A stretch of DNA of 43,521 bases from a virus (lineage: Duplodnaviria; Heunggongvirae; Uroviricota; Caudoviricetes). The notes beneath the pieces were generated by a model. That model did not search any database. It was not told the DNA's origin and saw only the letters and a program-made list of their open reading frames with translations. The stretch lies in IMG/VR virus record IMGVR_UViG_2872185964_000007; one strand, written 5' to 3'. Numbering within the stretch: position 1 is the stretch's first letter; the number at the start of each line of letters is the position of its first letter. Position numbers and translations under genes: made by a program. Below, piece after piece: positions 20,438-32,055 of the stretch.

Positions 20438-20650
20438 TCAGCCAGCAGGCCATCCGACAACATAACTGCGGATCGCCTTCAGGTCTGTCAGCGCCTCAAC
20501 CTCGGCTTTCATCTGCAACTGCCGTGTATTAATCTCCACTCCCTTCGCAAACATCGCCTGCTCTGTCGCTTCACTCAGTGCCATCCATGATGCTGCCGTC
20601 ATTGGCACATCATTATTATCAGCATCCGTCCGGAAAAATTTCTCTGGCAA
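20438..20650 (-). CDS. Hypothetical protein
   Basis: 70-aa ORF downstream of the tail-fibre region; no family recognised. Confidence 0.3.
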   Translation of the reverse strand: MPEKFFRTDADNNDVPMTAASWMALSEATEQAMFAKGVEINTRQLQMKAEVEALTDLKAIRSYVVGWPAG

Positions 20651-20725
20651 CTTAAAACAATATCCTATATATCCGGCGTCTCCGGTATGTAGAACGTGAA
20701 GTTTTTAAAATTATTTATTTACCAT

Positions 20726-21283
20726 TTAACTAATTTTTAGATCCTGGGGTACTCCCGTCTTTTTCATTGCCTCCACGAAAGCGGAACTAACAGAACCTGA
20801 CCAGTAATACTGGAACCCACTAACAACGCCCTGATAAATCATGGTTTGTGTAGCACCACCTACGTTTACGGTGATATTACCTGCTTTACCACCGGCTAAA
20901 TAAACAGCAGCTGTCGGTGTAGAGTTCGTCAAAAAGTGAGAAAGTGTAACGACAGCCCCTACCAGCCTCCCTGATCCGCAGCTTGCGGCGTTTGTAATTG
21001 TACCTTTACTTTTTTCTTCTAAAGGCCAGTCAGCGCCAACTGCGCCCCAGTTATCAACCTTGTCAGAGGATTTCCATTTATAGTACTCAGTTGCAATTTT
21101 ACAGCCCATAGTTCGCCCAACCATTTGGCTCATCATAAAAGGTTTACTCAGTCCCAGTTTGGTTCCGGCGGCTCCCATCCACTGCTCACCTGTTTCGCTC
21201 TTAGCCGAAGAGCCTACCCATCCCGATGTTACCCCCATCTCATCTCCCCCTTCTGAATGCGTGGGGTGAGTGTCACCCCACAA
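20726..21283 (-). CDS. Hypothetical Gly-rich protein downstream of the tail fibre gene (possible fibre tip/adhesin)
   Basis: 185-aa ORF; position and composition only. Confidence 0.3.
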   Translation of the reverse strand: MWGDTHPTHSEGGDEMGVTSGWVGSSAKSETGEQWMGAAGTKLGLSKPFMMSQMVGRTMGCKIATEYYKWKSSDKVDNWGAVGADWPLEEKSKGTITNAASCGSGRLVGAVVTLSHFLTNSTPTAAVYLAGGKAGNITVNVGGATQTMIYQGVVSGFQYYWSGSVSSAFVEAMKKTGVPQDLKIS

Positions 21284-21323
21284 TTTAAATTCAGTAGAAA
21301 CCAGAAACTACAACAGCTGTCGT

Positions 21324-22564
21324 TTACTTCTCCCGGAGTTCTTTAATCTCATGACGAAGTGTTTTAAAGCCCTCGACTAACAATGCAATTATGCCGTTGT
21401 AGTTAAGACGCAGACGTTTTTCACCAGATATAACGTCTGCGTCTTCAGTTACCAGTTCAGGCAATGCTTTTTGTGCATCCTGAGCAATTAAACCAACCGA
21501 CGTTTGCCAACCGTCGGCAGAGTACTGTATCTCGTAAAGATAACCAGTAAGTGCCTCCAGACGATCTAACGCATTATCCAGTTTTACCAGATTTCGCTTG
21601 TTGCGTTTATCCGAACGGATCTGAATATCGTTAAATGAGCCGTTTCCGGTCACCGTCAAATTGCCATTAATACCACCATTAAAAGTTTGTGCCTGAGTCC
21701 ATGTATTGGCAGTAGTAAGCAGTTCTGTTCCTTGCCCGGGGCTCCTGTGTCTCCCTTCGGCCCCTGAGGACCCGCGGGCCCCGGTTCCCCCTTTGGCCCG
21801 GGAGGTCCCACCACGGTGGGGATTCGGTTTACGGCCTCTTCCGCCGCTATCCTGCTTTGTTCCGCTGACTGTGCGCTTTCTGTTGACTCCCGGGCTTTTT
21901 CTGTTGCGGTCGTTGCATCCCTGACTGCATTACCGGCTGCACTTTCTGCCGTCTTTTTTGACAACTCAGCATCTGTTGCACTTTGTAATGACTCACTGGC
22001 TTTTTGAGCGGCCGCAGAGGCCGAGGACGAGGACGCCTCCTCTGACTGCTTTGCTGAGGCTGCACTTTCTGCCGCCTGCCGGGCTGACTCCGATGCATCC
22101 CCTGCTGAAGTGTCAGCATTTGCAGCGCTCTCTTCTGCCTGACTGGCTGATATGCCGGCATTCCTCGCTGACGTCTCCGCCTCTCCGGCATTCTTCTTCG
22201 CCTCCTCTGCGTTACGCACCACCTCTTCCACCATCAGTTCAAAGCGACGCAGTGCCTCCGGACGGGCATCATCCTCCGTCATGGCACCGAGAAAATCATT
22301 CAGCGTACCGGGTTGAGAATCTTCATACACGGTGATAGTCCCGGCATGTGACGGCGGGAATCCCTCCACCAACAGAATAACGCTGTACTGACCATACTCA
22401 ACGTCCATACTGTAACGCCCGGCTTCATCCGGATTTTCTGAGGCCAGCGTGTTCACCACCACCGTGGTACTGTTACGTTTTGCTTTCAGCTGGATTGTGC
22501 AGTTCTGTACCGGTTTTCCTGTGCCGTCTTTCAGTACACCAGAAATCTTTACTGTCATATTCAC
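21324..22564 (-). pseudogene. Side tail fibre: lambda Stf-like N-terminus, collagen-like Gly-X-Y repeats, C-terminal peptidase-S74 chaperone domain; frameshifted
   Basis: N-terminus MNMTVKISGVLKDGTGKPVQNCTIQLKA matches lambda Stf; the collagen-repeat frame and the downstream frame (...GTELLTTANTWTQ... NGSFNDIQIRSDKRNK) differ by one base within CCCGGGG at 21735-21741. Confidence 0.65.
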
Positions 22565-22622
22565 CCCACAAAAAAGCCCGCCTGAACCGGCGGGCTGTCA
22601 TGACACTGTGTTACCTGGCTAA

Positions 22623-23212
22623 TCAGAATTTATAGCCGACACCCACGATGAAACCGTCAGTGCGCCAGTCGCCACTACCGGAACCTTCATAAGCAATATC
22701 AATGGCCACGGATTCGGTCGGGTTAAACTGCACGCCAGCCCCCCACGCCAGAGACGTGTTGCTGTGGCGACCGTCATCACTTCCGGTCAGCACGTCGTGC
22801 GTTTTCCCCTTGTTGTCAGTTACGCGGAGATAATCCCCGGAGAAAGTCGACACACGGCTGTAAGCCACACCCGCCATCGCATACGCGCTGAACCATTCAT
22901 TCACGGCCCCGCCATTACGCTGAACCAGCGGTTACGAACGGAATCTTCATGCCAGCGGGTATCGCTGTAGTGCGTTTTTTTCTCATCTTCAGCATTGGCA
23001 TAACTGAAGGACGTAATCAGCCCCAGCGCGTCCGTAAACTCATAACGGTATTTCACGTTAATCCCGTTCAGATTATCGCTGCCGGGAGCGTTCGTACGGG
23101 CATGAAGATACCCCGCGCTCAGTGTGGACTGATGTTCAGACGCCCATGCAGGCGCACCGGATACGGACAGACAGATGGCTGCGGACAAAATGGCTGCACA
23201 AACTTTACGCAT
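22623..23212 (-). pseudogene. lom: Lom/Ail-family outer membrane protein, frameshifted
   Basis: Signal-peptide half (22901-23212) and beta-barrel C-terminus ending ...GVGYKF (22623-22904) are in different frames. Confidence 0.7.
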
Positions 23213-23279
23213 AATTACCTCTCGCTTTTCTGCAATAAAAAAGGCGCCATTTCTGGCGCCCGTATATGGGTTATAAAAT

Positions 23280-26200
23280 TCAGCTGATACTGATGCCTGC
23301 GGTGGCTTTCTTCATCACCACAACCAGCAAATCGCTGATACTTGCTGTGGGATACCAGTTATTCACCAGCCATGCTGATACCGAAAACTCCAGCGTCATG
23401 TGACCGTGACCGGCAGGCATATCAATAACGCCACTGTAAATCAGCGTATTATCCAGCGCGGTACGGTTATAAATTTCAGCACCGTTTTTCCGCACTATCA
23501 GACGGCATGAGGAGTAAATATCAGTATGCTCTCTCTCATGCTTAGCGCCGCTGAATGCCACCGCCGGAATAACAATTTGCCGGTCAAAAGGCTGATCGTC
23601 ATAAATCCTGACGGTAACGGTCCCTGATGGCCACCGCTCCGGTGCCCGGGAGTCCCGCGGAAAAGCCTTACCCACTGTTTTAACGAGATCGCCTTCAATC
23701 TGGTTCGCGGACAGTTTTCCCAGAACCCGGCAGTTCTCGTTAATCGTGACGTTGTTGAGCGTCCCGGAGTTCGCATTCACGTTACCGCTGATATCAGCAT
23801 TTCTTGCGGTCAGCCTGCCCTCCGGCGTCAGGGAAAACGTCGGGGATTGCCGGACGAGGTGATACTCACCGCAAACAGCCGCTTCAGGAACACATCGTTC
23901 ATGAACAACTGATTCCCCTGCGCCACAAATAACGGCGTGGTGTTGCCGTCCTCCGGGTTAATCATCGCAATACGGTCAGCCAGCAGCAGTATGTTGCTCA
24001 GGGGCTGGCCATCAGTATCCTCAATCCCCGCTCCAATACCGGCAACATAGGGTATGCCATTTTTTGTTTTCTGTACCTTCAGCATGTAAAGTGCAGCAAG
24101 GTCATCATTTGTGTCCTTCTGCACGCGCTGTATCTGCTGTATGGTGGCGCTCTGCTCCTCCAGCGTTTTACTGACCGTCTGTGTGATTTCATTGCGGGTT
24201 TCGGTGATGGTGGTCTTCATCTCCGCCATCTCATCCGCAAGCTGGCTGTTGTCTATCAGCTCCCACAGCCCCTGAGCCAGATGCAGTTTTCCTATTTTTT
24301 CCCGAAACAGCCCCAGATACCCTTCTGCATCATTGCTGGCCCGTCCACTGGCCTCCACAAAAGCAGATTTCCCCACCAGGTTGACGCTGCGCACGTAAAA
24401 CCAGAAATCCTTCCCGGGCTTAATGTGCGGGCCGGATACACTCCACTGACTGCCGGTCCCCAGATAACGGGCAGAGGTTTCCACCTGAGATGTGTCTGCG
24501 ATTTTTGCCTCCGAAAACCAGAGCTCAAACTGTACCGTCGGGTCATACACCGCAAGACGCGGTACCGCTGTTATCTGAAAATACCCCGGCGTCAGTTCAA
24601 TGGTGGCGGGTTTTGCTGGCGCGTTAATCCGGAAGGTGGTAGTGGCCGGTTCGCCCTGCTGGCCATAACTGTTAATTGCCCTGACTGTCAGGGTGTATTC
24701 CCCGAGCGGCAGACCACTGAAACGATGCTCTGTATCCGCAGTGATAGCGGTGGTCACCAGACGGCTGTCTTCTCCGCTTCCGCTGGTCAGTCGCAGACTG
24801 AAGCGCACCCCTTCACCACCCGCGGCGTGTCCCATTTCGCCTGTGCCAGATACTGGCCGTCAGCTGCGCTCACCTCCACCGTCAGGTGCTGCACTGCCGG
24901 TGGGATGACGCTGTTCAGGGAGCCTGACTGCGGCTCAAAGCGGGCACCGTTATCCACGATGGCTTCTTTTTCCGGTACGTGCTGCACCGCCGTGATGGCA
25001 AAGGTGCCGTCCGTGTTTTCCCGGACGGAGACACAGCGGAACAGGCGACGGCGCAGTGACGGCAGGGAGAGTCCCCACACCCCGTATGTCTCCACACCAT
25101 CAGGCAGGGTACTGACCTGTATCCGGTCCGGCGCGGGGTGTGCGGTGATGTCCACACTCACCGGCTTACCGCTGCCGTTAATCAGGTTCACCGCCGATGT
25201 ACCTGTCTCCGGCAGGGTAACCTCACGGTCCAGCGTCAGGGTGCGGGTGGCAGCATCAATGGACAGGACACGTCCGCCGGTCAGGGTCCCGGCATAGTCA
25301 TTATCACAGATTTCAATAATGTCACCGGGTGTGTGCCGCAGCCCCTGAGACCCGAGCGTGAAGTCCACCGTCTGCGTTTCCAGCAGTTCGGTCTTTATCA
25401 CCCACAGTCCGGCACGGTGGGCCTGACCGCGGCTGGTACAGCCGAACGCGTCCATCTTCAGCAGATTGCGCCCGTAGCGCAGTATGGCTTCCGGGTCTTC
25501 CACCAGTTCCGTGGAGGTCTGCCAGCCGTTCTGCGGGTCGGTGTAATTCACCTCCACCGCCGTGTGCCGGTCCTTCAGGGCACTGAAGCTGTAGCGGAAC
25601 CCCACGCCGTTATCATCCACCACCACATCGCTGTTGGTGTACGGCCACACCACATCCGACAGGCGGTCCTGAACAAACGTCAGCATCTGGCCGTTCCATA
25701 CCGGCATACAGCGCATCGCAGAGCAGAAATCACTGAGAACGTCCCACGCCTTACGCTGTTGTGCCAGGTACGCATTAAAGGTCATCCGCGGCTCGGTCCC
25801 CCCGAAACCATCCGGGACCGTCTGGTCGCAGTACTGCCCGATGGCATACAGCGCCCACTTGTCCACATCCGCCGCCCCCAGACGTTTTCCCATGCCGTAG
25901 CGCGGGTGAGTCAGCATGTCCCACAGGCACCAGGCCGGGTTGTTGCTGTATGCCGGTTTCAGACTGCCGTCCCAGATACCACTGTACGTGCGTTTTTCCG
26001 GGTCATAGTTTGACGGCACCTGGATGATGCGACCGCGGATATGGTAGTTCACCGTCATCTGCTGACCACCAAACTGCTCCGCATCCACCTGCATCCCCAC
26101 AATGGCCGTGTTCGGGTAGCACTGTTTCACATCGATGATTTCGGTGTATGACGACCACAGCGTCTTATTCTGCAGCTGGTCCGTGGTGCTGTCCGCCGTC

Positions 26201-26751
26201 TCCCTGACCATCCGGATGTTAAAGGGCCGGGGAGGCAGATTATCCAGAATCACCGAGGCCAGGAACTGTGAGGTGGTCTTGCCGTTAATGGTGACGTCCT
26301 TTTCCGTCACCCAGCGGCCATTACGCTGTAACTGAATCAGAATCCGGACAGAGGAAGGATTACGGTCGCCCTTTGACGTGGTCTGCACCAGTGACTGCAC
26401 CCCGAAGGTAACCCGCAGGCGGTCAATGTTCGCGGACGTAATGGTGCGCGTCACCGGTTTTGCCTTCGTCACTTCCACGCCCAGTCCGGTTTCAGCTCCG
26501 GAGGACTCAAAGCCTTCCGGTGGTGTCTGCTCCTGCTCCCCGGCGCGCCAGACCGCCGTCACACCGTGTATCACGGGATTGCCGTCCGTGTCCGTCAGTG
26601 GGGTTTTGTTCACCAGAATACTCTGCAGTCCCTTCACCGGACCTTCTATCGGTCCCTCACCAATCGCATCAATCACACTCATCATCTGCGTGGATTTGAG
26701 ATTATCCTTCGCCTCACGAGGCGTGTGTGCCTTACCGCCACCTTTTCCCAT
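23280..26751 (-). pseudogene. Tail tip/host-specificity protein J (lambda J-like), split into three ORFs
   Basis: N-terminus MGKGGGKAHTPREAKDNLKSTQ matches lambda J; frame breaks near 24808-24811 (C-run) and ~23780-23830. Confidence 0.85.
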
Positions 26752-26851
26752 ACAGCCTTCCCCTGAATAAATTAACCGCCACTTGCCATTCCGTACAGAA
26801 GTCGGATATCCTTCGCCCGAAAAGCATGAAACACATTTCTGCCATGCTAAA

Positions 26852-26888
26852 GAAAACCCGGTATCAGCAGATACCGGGGTTTTCTTTC
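26852..26888. terminator. Bidirectional intrinsic terminator-like hairpin in the I-J gap
   Basis: 9-bp stem CCCGGTATC/GATACCGGG with AGCA loop, A-tract upstream and T-tract downstream. Confidence 0.55.
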
Positions 26889-26954
26889 ATGCCCACCGAT
26901 AATCCTGTTGGTTAAAACCGGTAATGGCATAAAAATTCTGAATATCTTCACATT

Positions 26955-26982
26955 TTCACACACTGACTGTGGCGCTTATAAT
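26955..26982 (+). promoter_or_regulatory. Sigma70-like promoter: TTCACA, 16-bp spacer, TATAAT
   Basis: Read directly; perfect -10 hexamer, 5 of 6 match at -35. Confidence 0.45.
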
Positions 26983-26988
26983 TTCGCT

Positions 26989-27086
26989 GCGTTAGTGTTT
27001 TTTTGCCCGAGTAACAAAAACAACTCCTTCACATTGATCTTCATTTGTCTGTCCCCGCAGCTCCGCGATCACTGCGGGATTTTTTT
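26989..27086 (+). ncRNA. Candidate ~100-nt small RNA (moron) antisense to the tail operon
   Basis: Predicted start ~7 bp after the -10; ends at hairpin CCCGCAG...CTGCGGG (27054-27078) followed by ATTTTTTT; no credible ORF. Confidence 0.4.
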
Positions 27087-27767
27087 ATGTTTTATCCCTG
27101 TCGCCCGATAACCACGACCTTTCCGCCCCGCCTTCATCACGGGTGCTGATGTCCTGGGATATACGGCGGGAGCCAACCAGCATTTCCCCGTAAGGCACCG
27201 GCATCGGGTTCCCCTGGGCAATCATGTTATCCAGCGAGGAAAAGTACGTGTTCTGTCTGCCGTTATCCGTTGCGCGGTAATCCGGTGTTTTTGCCTTCGG
27301 GCCAGCATCTGGGCCACACCGCCCAGAATCATGCTGGCTCCAAGTGAAAACAGCATCGTGGTGGCAGAAAAACCACCGGCTGCCAGGGCTGAACCCATAA
27401 CGCCATTGATGCCCCGGCAGTGAAGAAAGAGCCCACGATGGCTGCCGCCCCAACACAATCTGCAGTCCACCCTTTCCGGCCCGGCCAGTCGCGGCACAAT
27501 GTGGATGACCGTTCCCTCACCCAGCTGTTCGTGAAGACGGGCATACACCGCCTCCGGTGCCGTGTCATCACCGGCAATACGTATCTGGTACCAGCCTTCG
27601 TTCATCTGACGGCGAAAGCCCGGCATCTGCATCGACAGGGCGCGAATGGCTTCCGCTGCCGTGTTCACATACAGGCTGAGGCGGCGGCCAAATCGTTGTA
27701 AATCCCCGTGAAGGCAGATGCGTGCCAGTGGCGGTGACGCCAGACAGAATGCGTTCGTCGTTGCCAT
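27085..27767 (-). pseudogene. Tail assembly protein I (lambda I-like), multiple frameshifts
   Basis: N-terminal, middle and C-terminal thirds fall in three ORFs (27222-27767, 27329-27577, 27085-27456). Confidence 0.75.
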
Positions 27768-28407
27768 TTTTCGGAATACCTCTCCCGTTTACTCAGTTGT
27801 TCAGGCAGATGGTGAAGCAGCTCACCGTTGCCGCAGTAAATGGTGGCATGGTTCGGTACCGAAGCACCAAAGCAGCACAGCAGAATATCGCCCGGCTGTG
27901 CAGAGGACAGGGGCACCCGGTAAAAGCCGGTGACCGCCATATTGTCCAGGTACAGGTTCTGGCCGTTGCGCCACCAGTCATCCTCGCGATGAAAATCCGG
28001 CATATCAATTCCCGCCAGATGGTATGCATCCCGGAACAGCGTGTAACAGTCCGTCACCCCGTGCTCAAAGCGCCGTCCTGTCAGATGTGGCACACAGCGG
28101 AATTTATGAATTTCCCCCGGCAGACCAGCCACCAGGGCAGTGCGCTTTTTATCTGCAGCCGCCGGTCAGCCTCGCTCAGCCAGGGCAGCTCACCGGGATG
28201 ACTGTGGACCAGTGCCACAATCTCCCCCTGCATCTCTGCCCGCAGCCAGTCTTCCGGTGCGATACGAAAATACGCCTCCGGCTCTGCAGAAATATTCACA
28301 CAAGGGATATACCGCTCCCCCTCCGGCGTGCTTATCACGAAGCCGCACGACTCCGCAGGCGCACACCGCCGGGCATGCGCCAGAATCGCTGATTCAGTCT
28401 GTGTCAT
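27665..28407 (-). pseudogene. Tail assembly protein K (NlpC/P60-like), frameshifted
   Basis: MTQTESAILAHARRCAPAESCGFV... to WWLVCRG in one frame, then IHKFRCVPHLTGRRFEHGVTDCY... in another. Confidence 0.75.
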
Positions 28408-28417
28408 AAACCGGGAT

Positions 28418-29116
28418 TTACTGCGAAAGTTTATTAATGGAAAGGAAACCGCCAAAATTGCCGACATTCCTGCGCAGTTCACACCCGCGCATGCACTTGC
28501 TGCATCTGTCCTTACGGATATCCGTGGTGGGTTTATCGAACTCATCCGCCACAGCCCCACCCGTGTAACCACACTCATCAGAGCGGTAGGTCCACATACA
28601 GGTGTTCGCCAGCATGATACGACCGGGAAACAGCGCCCCGTCCGTCTCGGTCGGTGTAGCCAGCACAAACGAGGCCGTCATGGCTGTCAGCTGCGACATC
28701 TGCTCCACCACCCAGCGGTCACTCAGCTCCTGCTCCGGGTCCGCCTCCGGATTGCCCGCAACGAAATTCACCGCATCCAGAAAACGGGCATACACCCGGC
28801 GGCGGACCACCGTGGCCCCCACCAGACTCTGCAGGTCTTCCGCCATCCCGGTGACCAGACCGAACAGATTGGACACCGTCAGCGACGGTCTGGCACTGCT
28901 GCCCCGGCCGTTCATCTCAAAGCCGCTGCCGTCAATCGGGTATGCCTCATACTTACGCCCCTGCCAGGTGACCGGCTCCCCTTTTTCATTCAGCTCATTA
29001 CAGAAAAAATACCGCTCACCACCCTGCACCGTCAGGTCAATTTCCCAGAGTACCACCCGCGGTGACTGCTCTGACTTAACCGACTCGTTCAGCCTTTCTT
29101 CGCGAATATCCTGCAT
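28418..29116 (-). CDS. Minor tail protein L
   Basis: 232-aa ORF collinear with lambda L. Confidence 0.85.
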   Translation of the reverse strand: MQDIREERLNESVKSEQSPRVVLWEIDLTVQGGERYFFCNELNEKGEPVTWQGRKYEAYPIDGSGFEMNGRGSSARPSLTVSNLFGLVTGMAEDLQSLVGATVVRRRVYARFLDAVNFVAGNPEADPEQELSDRWVVEQMSQLTAMTASFVLATPTETDGALFPGRIMLANTCMWTYRSDECGYTGGAVADEFDKPTTDIRKDRCSKCMRGCELRRNVGNFGGFLSINKLSQ

Positions 29117-29445
29117 CAGTTCACCACCTGCTTAAACTCCGCGCTGAACTCAACGCGCAACATCCCGACCCGCGCAGACCACCCGGCACAGGTCACCTTT
29201 ATCTGCCGGTATGCATAAGGCGGTGTCCACAGAAACGCCTTCCAGCCACCGTGCTCTGCCAGGAATTCCTCCAGATGCCGGGCTTCCTCCCGGGTCACGG
29301 AAAGCGTCACCCGGTATGTTTTCAGGTCAGCACTCAGCCCTGCCGCCATACGCTGCGAATAGCCGTCACCAAAACGCACTTCACGCACCGATGGCCGCGA
29401 GTTCACCTCCATATCCGGTTTCACTTTCCAGCGAAAGGTTTTCAT
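29116..29445 (-). CDS. Minor tail protein M
   Basis: 109-aa ORF collinear with lambda M. Confidence 0.85.
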   Translation of the reverse strand: MKTFRWKVKPDMEVNSRPSVREVRFGDGYSQRMAAGLSADLKTYRVTLSVTREEARHLEEFLAEHGGWKAFLWTPPYAYRQIKVTCAGWSARVGMLRVEFSAEFKQVVN

Positions 29446-32052
29446 CGCCCGCTCCCCGATAACAGACCGCCATCACGCAACTGCAGCCGGAGCTCATCCT
29501 GCGCACCTTTACGGGCCATCTCATACACCGCTTTCATCAGCTGCGGCCCTGCCTGCCCGTTGGGGCCGTCGTTCTGAATCACCACGTGATTGTTCTGATT
29601 AAAATTAATGCCTTCGGCCCGCCGCATCTGCGCCGGACTTCCGGCACCGCCGACATAACCACCTTCCGCATACCCGCGCATCAGACGATACAGGTTGCCG
29701 ACACCAATCCGGCTGGTCGCCTCCTTCGTGAAGACAAACTCCCCGCGATGGACAATCCCCGCAGGCTCATATTTGCCGCCCGTCCCCGTAAATCCTCCGG
29801 TCGCGAAATGGAAGTTCGCCGCCGCAGCCTGAATGGCCGTCCCCGTGGAAGCGGATGCGCCACCACCGAAAGCACCACCAATGGCGCTGCCGATACGCCC
29901 GACAATCCCCACCATCGCCTGCTTCAGAAAAATCTCTGTCAGCATGGAGAGCACGGAACGGGTGAAACCACGCCAGTTCTGTTCGCTGCCGGTCAGCATC
30001 GCCGCCATATTCTGTGCAATACCGTCAAAGGTCTGCGTGGCCACACTTTTTACCTGCGAAAAACTGTCCGTCGCACTTTCCGCCCACTCGCCCCAGCCGG
30101 ACTTCATCCCGGCCATCCAGCTTCCACGAAGCTGCTCCTCCGCAGACCAGGTGTTCTTCAGTGCAGATGTGGCCTTCGCCAGCGCAGCCGGATTATCACC
30201 GTACACCTCACGAAGGCGCTGCTCTTCCGACTCCCGCTGCGCCTGACGGTCGGTGAGTCCGCGGGCTTTTGCGCTGATTGCCGCCTGCTTCGCGCTCTGC
30301 TGCTGTTCAAACCGCGCCGCCTGCTGTGCCAGCTCATTCAGCCGCTTCTGGTGTTCAATCTTGTCTCCCAGCTCAGCCAGCTGGCGTTTGTACTCCAGCG
30401 TCTCTTTCTCATGAGCCAGCAGGGATTTTTCCTGCCAGGATAACTGCCGTTTCGTGGCAGCCTCTTTCAGGACCGCATACTGACTTTCCGCCTTCCATAA
30501 ATCACGGCGCTGCCGGCTGATTTTCTCATTCGCACCGCTGTGTTTTTCCAGCGTCCTGAGCTCAGCTTCAAGGGCAAGCAGAGCCTCTCTTGCCTGCTCC
30601 TCTTCCCTCTCCCCGGCAGAGCGCGTTTTCGGTGATGTATGCTTTTTACCTGTCAGCTCTTCAGCCAGACGGCTGACGGCTTCCTGCTGCCCAAGACCTT
30701 TGCTGACGCCTGTTGCACGCGAGCGGTTGATGTACCCCATTTCCCCCTGGCGTATACGCGCATCCCGTTCCGCAATGGATTTTCTCAGCGCCAGTTCATC
30801 GCGTTTTGTTTTCTCAATAAATACGCGGTTCTCTTCTGCCAGTTCACCAAACAACGCACCAACGCCGGGCACATTCTTTGTCGTTTCCCAGGCTGACTGA
30901 ATAAATTCAGCCAGCGCCAGATCCCCCTGCACAAGCAGCAGCTTCACCTGTTCAACGGTTCCGGCCACCACGTCAGTGATCAGACTGAGTGCCCCAGTGT
31001 ATGATCACCTATCCATGCCCATGCGTCAGAAGTCCAGGTTTTAACATCGTCCCAGATTTTTTCCACCGGCGTGGCCGCTTTATCAAGTTGCTCCAGACGT
31101 GCATTCATGACATCCGCAAACAGGGACATCGCCTCCGTCACCGCAGCCTGTTTACCTTTCGTGCGCTCAAGCTCATCAATATGGCGTAACTGGGAAACGC
31201 TCAGGAAGTTATACTGCTGATTCAGGGAGGCCAGCGCCTTCACCGGATCTGCTGCAATCCCTTCAAAGGCTTTTTCCACCTTCCCGGCATCGTCCCCCAC
31301 CGTCTGCAGCCATCTCTGAGAGGTTTCCCCCATGATCCGTAGCTGCCCGGCGGTATATTTCCCGCTTTCTGCCAGACGGGCCAGATTTTCTGCCGCCTGT
31401 CTGATACCACCACCGGCTTCATCGCTGATCACCCCGGCCATTTTCCACAATTCTGCCGTTGTGGTGGCAGCCGCCCCTCCGGTCAGGATCAGTGAACGCA
31501 ATAAGGCCCGGTCAGCCTGCTCTGCCTGCCAGGCGGCGGCAGCAAGCGCGGCCAGTACGGCAACCCCGCCACCTGCCGCCACACGGACCACCGACATAAA
31601 TCGTCCCAGCTCACCGGCATTCCGGGCATTTTCAGCCAGTGCATTTGCCGTATCTGACAGCGACTCCTCTGATGATTCAGAGGCATCCCTGATCCCGAGA
31701 AGTTCCTCCTTCAGCAGGGTAAGCAGGCTGAGCGGTTCACCGAATGAATCGCTGATCTGCCCCCCTGCTGCAGCATGATAAGGAAGGGATTCTGACCACC
31801 GGCAAGCTGAGTGACAATATCCGTGAACTGTGCGGGCAGTGTGCGCATGGCAGCCTTATACTGTCCGACTGATATCCCGGCTTTTTGTGCAGCCAGCGCC
31901 TGTCGGCTCAGCCCCTGTTCAACAGTACTGGCGGTTTTTCTGGCATCCGCCTCCAGACTGGAAAAATGACGGCGTACCCGGGCCATCTGTTCATCAAACC
32001 GGGCCGCATCCAGACTCAAATCAATAACCAGATCACCCGCTGGCTGGGACAT
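29442..32052 (-). pseudogene. Tail tape measure protein H, split into three ORFs
   Basis: 31711-32052 (N-terminus MSQPAGDLVIDLSLDAARFDEQMARVRRHF), 30980-31597 and 29442-30971 are consecutive parts of an ~850-aa lambda H-like protein in different frames. Confidence 0.8.
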
Positions 32053-32055
32053 ATC

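Noticed and set aside
24281-26013. Long plus-strand ORFs (338 aa and 291 aa) inside the J region
   Set aside because: Antisense to the clearly homologous J reading frames; Arg/Pro/His-rich composition typical of out-of-frame translation of GC-rich coding DNA.
26908-27111. 67-aa plus-strand ORF in the I-J gap
   Set aside because: Spans the predicted promoter and terminator, has no RBS and a low-complexity hydrophobic translation; the region is better explained as a non-coding transcript.
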